DNA of 32,000 nucleotides from Pseudomonas aeruginosa (GTDB lineage Bacteria; Pseudomonadota; Gammaproteobacteria; Pseudomonadales; Pseudomonadaceae): NCBI RefSeq assembly GCF_001457615.1, contig NZ_LN831024.1, positions 4,770,001 to 4,802,000 of the forward strand, read 5' to 3'. Shown piece by piece: positions 25,201 to 32,000 of this stretch (position 1 is its first letter; each line of letters starts with the position of its first letter). The notes under the pieces were generated by a model. It saw only the letters and a program-made list of their open reading frames with translations, ran no database searches and was not told where the DNA came from. The position numbers and the translations under genes were made by a program.

Positions 25201-28200
25201 GGTATTCGCGCCGTAGCCCAGGGTGATGCGCTCGGCATCCACCCGCAGGGTTCCGCTACCGCTACCGGCGCCGCCGGCGACCGGTGCTGCGGCCGGCTGG
25301 CTGGAGCCGCTCCAGACCAGGCTGGCGGTGCGAATGCTGGCGACATCCTCGCCGGTGCCATGGCCGTAGATGGCCGGGGTGCCCAGCACCAGGTTGGCCA
25401 GGCTGGATTTGCCGGTGGCCGGGTCGTAGGTGTCGAGGCTGACGCTACCGTATATGTTGACCGCATCGCGGGCACTGAGGATCAGGTTTTCCAGGGCCGG
25501 AATACCCGCCCCGCGCTCGCCGCGCAGCAGGCGCTGGAGCACCGTCTGGTCCAGCGCCAGGCCGTTCGGCAACACGCCGCGAGCGGCCGCGTCGGCCAGC
25601 GACTGGCTGGAGCCGATATTGATCGTACTCAGCGCCAGGCTGAGATTGCGTGTCCCGTAACGAACGTTGTCGCCAAACGTCACCGTACCATTGGTGGCGA
25701 TACCCAGAGTGCCCTCCGAATAGAGTTCGGTGTCGGCGCAGCCCGCCCCTTCCGCACAACCTCCGAGACGAACCGGTAACGAGCTATCCGCTGCGGGTGC
25801 CAGCAGGTTCAGCCATCCGTTGGACAAGAGCAGCAGGTTACGGCCGCCGGGTTGATAGATGAAACCATCGGACGAATCGTATGCAGTCTTGCCTTTCCCC
25901 AGAGTGCTGATGCCACTCCCGCCTTCAAGGGTGATATCCCTGCCAATGATCACCTCCGGTGCGGAAAGGTGCGCGCCCTTTCGCAGCACAACGGGAAAGA
26001 GCCGGTTGCTCCCGCCGAACTGGACGAAGTTTCCTTGCTCGCCGTATTCGACGTAGGGCAGCGTGCCAATGGCGATACGGCTGGCGCCTATTGCATTCAG
26101 ATCGTCCGCAACCAACGACACGCCAGCGAAATCGGAGTCGGGCAGCCCACCTTCAGGCAGAATCTCGATGCCCGCCTCGGCATCCACGATGAGGCTGCCG
26201 CCATATCCGCTTTCTTCCGGCGTGAAGTCGACCTTCCCCTCGAAGCTCAGGGCGTTTTCCCGAAGCTCCTCATCCGCGCGCAATCCCAGGTAGAGGGATC
26301 TGGCATCCACTGGCAACATCGCTCTGGGGATGTTCTTGCGCGCGGCATCGGCGCGAATGAAATCCGCATAGCTCATTTCGTTGTACTGCGAGTAGCGGCG
26401 CAGCGTATCGGCGGAAGACAGGATGACCTGACGGCTCAGACTGTCGCGGATGGACGTGCCGGCAATCGACAACTGCCCGGACGTCGCCCAGGAGCCATTG
26501 CGCAACCCCTGCGTCGCCATGGGCGCGCCTTGCCCCGCCAGACCGTTGATCTCGACGCGGAAAGCGCCCGGCAACAGGGCATAGGTCGAAGGCAGCAAGG
26601 TGTAGGTACCGGCGGCCAGGCCGGGAACGCCATCCCCGATGGTGACCTGTTGCCCGACCAACGGCTGGATGGCGCCCGCCTCGCCGCCCAATGGCGCACT
26701 AACGGCCTGGTGTCCAGGCACGATGGCATACACCGGGTTGCTGGACAGCTCCGGCAGACGGAACCCATCATTGTCCTGCTGCACCAGGGGATGAAAACGC
26801 GCATCGGTCGAACCCCCTCTGCCGGAGATGAATCCAGCCCCCGCGAGTTCGCCGCCGCCGGACAGGTCCAGCCGCGCGCCCTGTTGCACATCGACCTCGC
26901 TGGCATAAAGGCCGACTCCCGCAACCAGTGTCCCAGCAGCGAGAGCGCCCCCGGCACCGGTCAGTTGAATGGGGACCTGGTTGACCAGATAGTTGATCCC
27001 ATCGGTCGTGCCTCCATAGGGCATGACCAGCTCAGCGCCGCTAACCGAGGTCAGGCTACCCGGCAACAACCTTACCGTGCCCGGGGCACGATCCAGATTG
27101 CTGCCGAACTGGATGAGCCCCAGCGGCGCACGCACCACGCCACCCTGCTCGATATTCGATGCCATGAACGCCAGACTGCCGAATACCGACAGCGGAGTGT
27201 CCGGCAAGGACTCGCCGCTACGTTCGATAGCCAAATGCCGTTCGGCATCGAAGACAGCCTGCCCCCCCTCATCCAGTCCATACCCGGCATAGAGGGTCGA
27301 ACTCGCTCCCGTCACCGGATAGAGTTGGGCCGCAGTCAGTTGCAGATCGCCGTGGGTTATCAAGCGCCCCGACGGATCGCCATTCTCTGGATAGTCGCCA
27401 GCGAAACGCAGGTCGCCCTCGCTGCGCAGCGTTACCTTCTCGAAACCTGGTCGCTGATAGCGGACAGCCTCTGCGTTGACCCCATTGATCACCCCGTCGC
27501 TACCGAATGACAAGCGCCCGGCGATATCCAGCAGGCGCCCGGCAGAAACCTGCAAGCGAACCTGCTCCGCTGTCGCGGTCGGCCCGTACGTGAGACGCGG
27601 ACGAAACTCGCCAGAGGCCTGCTGCCCATACATCCCGATGCCGGAAAGGCGGACATAGGGCGCCTGCAACTTCACCTCGCTCGGCCCACCACCTGTGGCG
27701 GCTATCGTCCCCGCGTACAGATTCAGGCTGCGCCCCATCGCAAGATCGATGTTCCCCTCGAACGACAGCGGACCGTTGCTGAACAACGAAAGTTGGTCGA
27801 ATCCGCCGCCCGTCAGCGACTGAGTCCCAACTCGGCTCTGGCCATAGCGCAGAGCCGAATCGTCCATTCCCGGTTGCAGCAAGGTCGGTAATCCCGAATC
27901 GGCGTGCCCTGCCGTCAGGATCAGCTCACGCATGGCCAATACCCGGTCATCCACCACAGTAAAACCTTGGTACAGGGGAGCGTCCGCAATGATCTCCAGG
28001 CTGCCGCCCGCCGCTCCCGAGCCGCCGGCTGCGGCGCGCAACGAGCCGTCTAGATACAGCCCATTGTAGGAACTGAGAGCGATGCGCCCGCCGTCGCCGG
28101 CCAGCAAAACCCTTCCCAGTCCCGGTACATCCAGCTGTGCCTGGCTGCCGGAGGCCTCCAGTCGTGCACCGGGGCGTACGATGACGAACGCATCCGCCGA

Positions 28201-31200
28201 GGTCGCGATCGCCTTGCCCGGATCGATCTCGCCGCCGATGACGATGCTGCCGCCGGACTGCACTTCTCCATAGCGGCGACCGCGCCCATCCAAGGCAGTG
28301 ACAGCGCGGCCGGCAACATCCAGCAATGCCTGCTCTCCAATCCAGATGGAGCGAGCATGGGGCTGGCCTTGCGCCTTGGGCTGATTGTCCTGGGTAACGT
28401 CGAGCGCGCCGAACTGCTGCTGGCGCACGTCGATGCGTCCGCCCCAAGCGTTCAGAATGCCATCCAAGGTGATCTGTCCGGGACCGCGCAGGACGATGGC
28501 GCGCCCCGGATCGACCTCGACCAGCGAACCGCGCCCCAGCTCCAGCGTCTGGCTGGCGGGATCGAGCTGCCCGAGGATATTGCCGTCGCCGCCTGCCTGC
28601 AGGTACAGGTCCGCCCCTTCGCGTTGGACCAAGCGTCCGGCCAAGGCATCCTCTAGGTACAGCGGCGGTATCCAGGCCTCCAGCGCCTCTCGCGGCGCCT
28701 CGCCAGCCGCGACCTCGCCGGCCCCGCTGGCGAAACGGTAGACCGGCCGCGCGACCCGCACCTGGGCATCCTCGGCTACCCTCAATCCGGAGCGACCGAC
28801 CACCCGGTAGCTGGCGAAGCCCTGCTGGAAGAAATCTTCGGCCAGTTGCAGGCTGCCATCCCCGAGGTCGCCGCCGCCGATCCGCACCTTGCCGCTCTGC
28901 AGCGACAGCGTGCCGGCGCCACTCGTGCCGAGACCATTCAATGTGCCGCCCAACTGCAATTGGCCATCGCTGGCCTGCGCCAGCCCGGCACTGGCGTGCA
29001 AGGCGATGTCGCCGCCGCGTCCGCCCAGTCGTTTGCCGTCGGCCAGCAGCGCCGCCCCGGACGACACGTCGAGCAGACTGCCCTGTCCCAGGCTCAGGTC
29101 GCCGCCGCTGCGCAGGGAAATCCGTCCGCCGTCGCGGTAGGCCAACGTATCGTTGTCCTCCGGCGCCAGCAGCAGGTTGCTCCACAAGCCGCTGGCATCC
29201 AGTCGTACACCATCGCCCACGCGCAAGATGCCGGCTTCGCGGCCGGCATCGACGAAACCATCGATCGTCCCGTTCGGGGAAATCTGCGCCAGTACGTTGC
29301 CGGCCTGCAGGCTGCCGCCATGAGCGGTGATGTCGGCGTCGATCGCCACGTCGTTGGCGAACAGGATCGCCTCGCCGCCATTGGCCAGGGTCAGCGCGCT
29401 GTCGACGCGGATGCTCTCGCCGGCCGCCACCTTCAGGCCGCCCAGCTGGAAGCCGTTGAGCAGTTCGCTGTCCAGGCTCAGGCGGCCCTGGCGCTCGGCG
29501 GCCACCGGAGCGTCCAGGGTCGGCTCCTCGGCCGCCACCTCGCCGGCACCGATGACCACCTGCTTGAGGCTGCCGGCATCGGCGCCGAGAGCGTACTCCA
29601 GCAGGCCGCTGCTCTTCACGTAGTAGGGGGTGTAGCGCCCGACGACCAGCTGCGCGCCGCGCGCCACGGCATTCTGCGACTGGTTGTAGCCGTCCAGGCC
29701 GGCCTGTGGCGCTTCGGTCTGCCGCTCGCCGCGATAGGTATCGCCGACCACCTGGCCGTCGAGCCGCGCATTGGCGCTGCCGATCACCAGACTGCCGGCG
29801 TCGCGGCCAACGCTGTAGCCGCTCTCGTAGCGCTGGGTCGGCGCGATCAGCGGATTGTAGAAATAACGGGTCTGGTCCCAGCGCTCGCTGTGTGCCTCGT
29901 AGCCGCGGTAGATGCCGTCGTAGAGCAGGTCACCCGGCGCCGAGCCGAGTTCGTAGAGGCGTCCGTCCGACCCCTTCAGCCAGGTCTGGCGGATGTAGCC
30001 GCCCTGCACATCGAGGGTTCCGCCGGACAGGTTGATCTGTGAACCGGCCTGGGTCACCACGTCGTTGCCGGTGAAACTGACGATGCCGCCCTGGGCCATC
30101 CACTCGCCCGCCGAGTGGCCCTGGGTGCCCAGGTAGCCACCGACCTCCAGCAGGCCGCCAGCGGTGTACCAGCGGTCGCTGGCATAGCCGTTGGTGCCGG
30201 CAGGCACCCGTACCAGGTCGCGCACGTCGACCCACACATCCTGGCTGTTCAGACCGCCGCCCTCGCGGTTGACCGAGGCGTCGCGCTGCTCGTTGCCGCG
30301 CACGTTGACCTTGATGTTGTTGGTCTCCATCGCCACCTGCACGCCTTGCGCGCCGGAGACATCGATCACCGCGCCGTCGCGCAGCAGGGCGCGCTGGCCA
30401 GCGTTGACCGCCACCTGGCCACCGCTGGCGAGGGTGATGGAGCCGTCGCGGAAATCGACGCTGCCGGCGGAGTCGATCTCCACCCGCGACAGGTCGCGGC
30501 GGTCGTCGTCGCCCCGACTGACGGCGGCACTGGAGCCGTTCAACGGCTTGAGCAAGGCCTCGCGCTGGCTGTCGAGGGCGGCGCTGCCGCTGCTATCCAC
30601 CAGGATGGCGCTGGTGGCACCTTCGGCCAGGGTGATCCGCTCGCTGGCCTTCAGGTGCAGGGTGCCGCGGCTGTCCACCGAACTGCTGGAAAGCAATACG
30701 CCGGCCTGCTCCACCTCGCGGCCGCTGAGGCTGATATCGCCGGTGGCGGCCTGCACCAGGCCGCTGTTGCGCACCCGGCCGGCACTGCTGTCGGCGGCGA
30801 AGCCCGGCAGCACCTCGTTACCGCGGGTGGTGGAGGTCAGGTTGCCGTCGGTGCCCTGGCCACGGCGGATGACGAAGCTGTCGCCGGCGGACAGGACCGT
30901 CTGCCCCTTCGGTGTGACGATGCTGCCGGCGTTGTCCACCTCGCTGCCGAGCAGCAGGACGTAGCCGCCGCCCCTGGTCGAGCCGGACGGCGCTGCCGTA
31001 CGCAACTGTGCGCCCTGCTCCACGCGCACGGCGCCGGCCGCGTCGGTGAAGGTCGGACGGCTGCCGGCGTTGTCGTAGTAGAGGCCGCGCTGACGGAACT
31101 GTTCGTCCGAGATGTTCGCCGCCGCCACCGTCAGATTGCGCACGTCCACCTGGCTGCTGCCGGAAAACACCACGCCGTTGCGGTTGACCAGCATCACCGT

Positions 31201-31863
31201 GCCGTCGGCCTTGATCTGCCCCTGGATCTGGCTGGGCCGCGCGCTGGGGTCGTTGACCCGGTTGAGCAGCGCCCAGTCGGCGTGCTGCTGGAAGTCCACG
31301 GTGGTGTTGCGGCCGACGTTGAAGGTCTCCCAGTTGAGCACCGCCTTGTCGGCGGTCTGCTCGATGCTCACCGTGGTCTTGCCGGCGGCCTGGGTCTGCA
31401 CCGGTCCCTTGGCGTTCTGCCAGGCCTGCTCGAACGGCAGCGAGGCGTCGACCTTGAGGCCGCCCTCGCCGAGCCCGTCCGGAACATCCTGCGGGAGATT
31501 CAGCGCCGCCTGGCGTCCGGCGGCCTGGGCGGCCTGCTGGGCGGCAATGGCGGCGACGGTGTTGTTCAGGTTGGCCATCGAACGCTGCAACTGCTGGTTG
31601 ACCCGCTGCTGCTGCGCCAGCGGCGGCGGCGCCCCCGGCAACTGCGCTCCCGGTCGCGGCGCCCCGGCAGCGCCGCCCTGAGCCGCGCCCTTGGCGGCGA
31701 ACCAGGCGGCGCTGAACGGCTGCCCGGCGGCCTGGGCGCCCCCTGCGACCAGCAGCAGGGCGATGGCCTGGGCCAGCGGCTTCAGGCGCGGCGCGTAAAG
31801 CGCGCGGGAGGAACGGGCGGACGACGGCGAACGGGACGGCATGGCGAAGGGGTCCTTGAGCAT
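19300..31863 (-). CDS. pdtA: Giant TpsA exoprotein (filamentous haemagglutinin-like, 4187 aa; 4180 aa if started at the second Met, 31842)
   Basis: A single 12.56-kb ORF. The N-terminal extended signal (…KPLAQAIALLLVAGGAQA) is followed by a TPS secretion domain with NPNL/NPNGI-equivalent motifs (AVLNWETFNVG, MLVNRNGVVFSG). The body is a long Gly/Ala/Leu/Ser-rich beta-helical repeat. The C-terminal block ...APGDIDLIAPLGTIDAGEAGIRVSGNVNVAALQVVNAANIQ resembles the DUF3739-type end of FhaB-family proteins. It fits PA0690. Confidence 0.9.
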   Translation of the reverse strand: MLKDPFAMPSRSPSSARSSRALYAPRLKPLAQAIALLLVAGGAQAAGQPFSAAWFAAKGAAQGGAAGAPRPGAQLPGAPPPLAQQQRVNQQLQRSMANLNNTVAAIAAQQAAQAAGRQAALNLPQDVPDGLGEGGLKVDASLPFEQAWQNAKGPVQTQAAGKTTVSIEQTADKAVLNWETFNVGRNTTVDFQQHADWALLNRVNDPSARPSQIQGQIKADGTVMLVNRNGVVFSGSSQVDVRNLTVAAANISDEQFRQRGLYYDNAGSRPTFTDAAGAVRVEQGAQLRTAAPSGSTRGGGYVLLLGSEVDNAGSIVTPKGQTVLSAGDSFVIRRGQGTDGNLTSTTRGNEVLPGFAADSSAGRVRNSGLVQAATGDISLSGREVEQAGVLLSSSSVDSRGTLHLKASERITLAEGATSAILVDSSGSAALDSQREALLKPLNGSSAAVSRGDDDRRDLSRVEIDSAGSVDFRDGSITLASGGQVAVNAGQRALLRDGAVIDVSGAQGVQVAMETNNIKVNVRGNEQRDASVNREGGGLNSQDVWVDVRDLVRVPAGTNGYASDRWYTAGGLLEVGGYLGTQGHSAGEWMAQGGIVSFTGNDVVTQAGSQINLSGGTLDVQGGYIRQTWLKGSDGRLYELGSAPGDLLYDGIYRGYEAHSERWDQTRYFYNPLIAPTQRYESGYSVGRDAGSLVIGSANARLDGQVVGDTYRGERQTEAPQAGLDGYNQSQNAVARGAQLVVGRYTPYYVKSSGLLEYALGADAGSLKQVVIGAGEVAAEEPTLDAPVAAERQGRLSLDSELLNGFQLGGLKVAAGESIRVDSALTLANGGEAILFANDVAIDADITAHGGSLQAGNVLAQISPNGTIDGFVDAGREAGILRVGDGVRLDASGLWSNLLLAPEDNDTLAYRDGGRISLRSGGDLSLGQGSLLDVSSGAALLADGKRLGGRGGDIALHASAGLAQASDGQLQLGGTLNGLGTSGAGTLSLQSGKVRIGGGDLGDGSLQLAEDFFQQGFASYRVVGRSGLRVAEDAQVRVARPVYRFASGAGEVAAGEAPREALEAWIPPLYLEDALAGRLVQREGADLYLQAGGDGNILGQLDPASQTLELGRGSLVEVDPGRAIVLRGPGQITLDGILNAWGGRIDVRQQQFGALDVTQDNQPKAQGQPHARSIWIGEQALLDVAGRAVTALDGRGRRYGEVQSGGSIVIGGEIDPGKAIATSADAFVIVRPGARLEASGSQAQLDVPGLGRVLLAGDGGRIALSSYNGLYLDGSLRAAAGGSGAAGGSLEIIADAPLYQGFTVVDDRVLAMRELILTAGHADSGLPTLLQPGMDDSALRYGQSRVGTQSLTGGGFDQLSLFSNGPLSFEGNIDLAMGRSLNLYAGTIAATGGGPSEVKLQAPYVRLSGIGMYGQQASGEFRPRLTYGPTATAEQVRLQVSAGRLLDIAGRLSFGSDGVINGVNAEAVRYQRPGFEKVTLRSEGDLRFAGDYPENGDPSGRLITHGDLQLTAAQLYPVTGASSTLYAGYGLDEGGQAVFDAERHLAIERSGESLPDTPLSVFGSLAFMASNIEQGGVVRAPLGLIQFGSNLDRAPGTVRLLPGSLTSVSGAELVMPYGGTTDGINYLVNQVPIQLTGAGGALAAGTLVAGVGLYASEVDVQQGARLDLSGGGELAGAGFISGRGGSTDARFHPLVQQDNDGFRLPELSSNPVYAIVPGHQAVSAPLGGEAGAIQPLVGQQVTIGDGVPGLAAGTYTLLPSTYALLPGAFRVEINGLAGQGAPMATQGLRNGSWATSGQLSIAGTSIRDSLSRQVILSSADTLRRYSQYNEMSYADFIRADAARKNIPRAMLPVDARSLYLGLRADEELRENALSFEGKVDFTPEESGYGGSLIVDAEAGIEILPEGGLPDSDFAGVSLVADDLNAIGASRIAIGTLPYVEYGEQGNFVQFGGSNRLFPVVLRKGAHLSAPEVIIGRDITLEGGSGISTLGKGKTAYDSSDGFIYQPGGRNLLLLSNGWLNLLAPAADSSLPVRLGGCAEGAGCADTELYSEGTLGIATNGTVTFGDNVRYGTRNLSLALSTINIGSSQSLADAAARGVLPNGLALDQTVLQRLLRGERGAGIPALENLILSARDAVNIYGSVSLDTYDPATGKSSLANLVLGTPAIYGHGTGEDVASIRTASLVWSGSSQPAAAPVAGGAGSGSGTLRVDAERITLGYGANTQPAGETDEARLALGFAEVQLNASERISANHKGSLRVYQRLDGYVAGEGLRYSGGDLRLSTPLLTGEAGSLSRISSGGSLSLAAPAGAAAVTFDSGTAGLGAELSLSAREIRLDSAVSLPSGKLSLSAEDDLELGDGARIDLAGRKASFNDVDKYSWGGDLLLSSRAGDIRQAAGSLIDLSARNNRGGTLSAVALAEDAGVVDLQGRILGGASGDYDAGGTRVPFLGGELEIRAQRLGDGGSLSEQFTALNQRLNQGEVFGARRFQLKQGDLQIGDGLKAHRIEVSLDNGQLGVSGTVDASGAQVGEIRLAGGRGLSLGGNALLDAHGSLLRRDSYGQIIDSPNRAMVELSSGSGTLVLASGARIDLRHGTAAPAEQVDGVARGTLELNAPRLGGVSAGDIAIDASGALDIRGAGSIALNAVQRYDDAPWGNDPAAGGRPYQVIDQAYLDARHAESSAFIAAALANRELLDGKLAGLTNATYADAFHLRPGVEIVSATADGDLVVQGDLDLSGYRYASLNPNTPLTEVYGSGEVGALVLRAGGDLNLYGSINDGFAPPPDSPDDKGWILTPGVQPFGGDLVVPGPGVVLGDGTAFLGGRTLNYDLPIKGTTLAAGTRLATEAVLEQPYTLAAGSVLVADIHDAAGNLLYAAGSLLRDGVTLEVGSRLGAGTLLAAPASVQAMTWPAGVPLPSILREGPSRPNVLLLNGELALARGSLIPSQTEVVLAGDAPFIELRPSDGVRQGRNWALAEMLPAGSQSWSMRLVAGADLAAADNRLVRPDSSASLNLADTHYQAKIEQSSGGLVFTDQATDWGITPGTPVDESNEWICGLGPYCAEPPRWTWAPGNYLGMPAGTAIGEGDLWWCSVDPSLCIENLGKTVVTPQNQLFSVLRTGTGDLDLASAGNLTQWSPYGVYTAGTQAADVATGFNQPRGLFNGSVLGAGGADYEVLSTSQYQAWYPEHGGNLDIAVGGDVVGDQWAEKLTSSDPIRPLPPSAAVGNWLWRQGSADREGVPTAWWVNFGSYVRGAEGDAPYLVGFTGFGTLGGGNLSMRTGGDAGNIAPRGDGSIPSSGNLNPRSQGLVLAVAGTGRLTSDGALQLGGGGDLNVRIGGEVNPSREARATQTYSSSGFDGLYSGGTIHDLQGALINLRGSASLYSGALGGIDPRYDTLLRDPAEVRSRDAFSPTLASSTGGLTLVAGDTGMRLETRGDLVLGGVTDPGRVGVPNTVGFTAPDGSVYQGGGIAWFSLWTAHTSIDLFAAGGNLTPSTQLVEATNAIPMAGRNLSPSDGRFIYPSIVRAAAPEGSIYLGPSSGYMGGVSLNVSTTPYSLLLAPSLNGELELLAGDSIYAGGYSVQRSGADPANLPSIWTPAFAGYSDAALLNPIAGNGSPDGNPAVIGGLPLFYFGPDSAASLARDLQPARFYALTGDIVGLNSGAQIRFGEQAGNRAGQTWYEGAGPVWMRAGRDIVASGTPLGQRISAPSQISTDASFTGNLFVHDDPNDLSLAQAGRDILYGNFNVAGPGTLEISAGRNILMEDRAAITSLGAVVPGDSRPGADIVLQAGAAGADYRAFLERYLDPANLAQGGTPLAEQPGKVVRTYESELAKWLNERFGFAGDAEQAQAFFAGLPAEQQRIFARQVYFAELRAGGREYNEVGGVRQSSYLRGRNAIAALFPERDPAGNPISYEGDIVMYGGAGVHTDFGGDIQLLSPGGRQVFGIEGEAPPSTAGIVTQGQGNIQAYSRDSILLGQSRIMTTFGGSILAWSAEGDINAGRGSQTTVVYTPPRRIYDAWGNVSLSPQVPSTGAGIATLNPIPEVAPGDIDLIAPLGTIDAGEAGIRVSGNVNVAALQVVNAANIQTQGQSSGIPLVASVNTGALTSASAAASSATQAAEDVSRQQQAAARQRMPSVITVQVLGFGNERLEPSRDGASRSPGYNPDSAVQVLGAGALGEQARSQLTDEERGNLIL
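30964..31377 (-). other. TPS (haemagglutination-activity) secretion domain of PdtA, approx. aa 163-300
   Basis: The sequence TTVSIEQTADKAVLNWETFNVGRNTTVDFQQ...LLNRV...PSQIQGQIKADGTVMLVNRNGVVFSGSSQVDVRNLTVAA follows the canonical TpsA N-terminal domain order. The boundaries are approximate. Confidence 0.75.
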
Positions 31864-31903
31864 GAAGTCGGTCGGGCGCCCGCAACGACGCCCGTTACTG
31901 GTA

Positions 31904-31952
31904 GACGGCCTGGCGGAGGGTGGGCCGAAGACTTGTCATGGAAAGTTCATGG
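31904..31952 (-). promoter_or_regulatory. pdtA promoter module: Pho-box-like direct repeats + ECF-type -35/-10
   Basis: The plus strand carries TTGTCATGGAAAGTTCATGG at 31933-31952, i.e. TGTCAT-N5-GTTCAT with 11-bp phasing, close to the Pho box CTGTCAT-N4-CTGTCAT. Three nt away is CCGAA (31925-31929; minus-sense TTCGG). Exactly 17 nt further is GACG (31904-31907; minus-sense CGTC, a typical ECF -10). The same architecture recurs at 19117-19165. Literature memory says pdtA is PhoB- and sigma-VreI-dependent. Confidence 0.7.
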
Positions 31953-32000
31953 AGCGGAGCGAGGAGCCTGGGCGAACGGAAACACGACGGCAGCCGGATT

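Noticed and set aside
18943-30042. Long plus-strand ORFs antisense to pdtA (730 aa at 18943-21135, 789 aa at 22480-24849, 552 aa at 25852-27510, 398 aa at 28846-30042, plus many shorter ones)
   Set aside because: These are typical high-GC shadow ORFs. Their translations are Arg/Ala/Gly/Pro/Gln-rich low-complexity sequence with no recognisable motifs. They lack convincing SD sequences and lie wholly inside a gene with strong family signatures on the other strand. They also break wherever the local GC drops.
19300-31863. Interpretation of pdtA/phdA/pdtB as a contact-dependent inhibition (CdiA/CdiI/CdiB) locus
   Set aside because: I could not find a VENN or other pre-toxin motif in the PdtA translation. 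The C-terminus is the conserved DUF3739-like FhaB-family end (…IDAGEAGIRVSGNVNV…) rather than a variable toxin tip. PhdA resembles a DNA-binding/transposase-derived protein, not a typical small immunity protein. The positional analogy is noted in the findings, but a CDI call is not supported.
1-32000. CRISPR arrays, tRNA/rRNA genes, intact IS elements, integrase genes or att-like flanking repeats
   Set aside because: None was recognised on either strand. The only mobile-element trace is the transposase-N-terminal-like domain embedded in phdA.

Overview
This is a high-GC (about 65-70% by eye) Pseudomonas aeruginosa-type chromosomal segment. No rRNA, tRNA, CRISPR array or intact IS element was seen. 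From memory and not from any search, gene content and order match the PAO1 locus PA0708 to PA0690 read in reverse.

Left quarter (1-8.0 kb, mostly + strand): a LysR fragment cut by the window edge, toxR/regA, catB7, migA, an amidase, an MHS-type MFS transporter, a fatty-acid hydroxylase/sterol desaturase-family membrane protein, and a convergent AraC regulator.

Remainder (8.1-31.9 kb): one co-directional minus-strand array.
- A 12.6-kb TpsA exoprotein gene (pdtA) is preceded by a Pho-box plus ECF-type promoter module and followed by a textbook intrinsic terminator.
- A second, near-identical promoter module then drives a low-GC chimeric gene (phdA) and the TpsB transporter (pdtB).
- Behind these sits a tightly packed, functionally uncharacterised envelope module: ExbB with a large LamG/DUF2341-like periplasmic domain, ExbD, a TonB-like protein, a porin-like outer-membrane barrel with a helical N-terminal extension, a periplasmic coiled-coil protein, a YbjN-like protein, a lipoprotein parvulin PPIase, a small TonB_C-like protein and a LysR regulator.

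The best candidate for an under-described system is this proton-motive-force motor module wired behind a two-partner secretion pair with no classical TonB-dependent receptor.

Smaller observations:
- duplicated promoter architecture
- terminator decoupling of tpsA from tpsB
- the Phd/YefM-plus-transposase-N-terminal chimera in the 'immunity' position
- three Cys-x5/6-Cys pairs as the only cysteines in the 4187-aa exoprotein
- GC mosaicism inside pdtA
- a perfect 15-bp tandem duplication that duplicates an SD-plus-ATG unit
- a start-codon-less regB frame

All family assignments come from motif recognition by eye and none was verified computationally.
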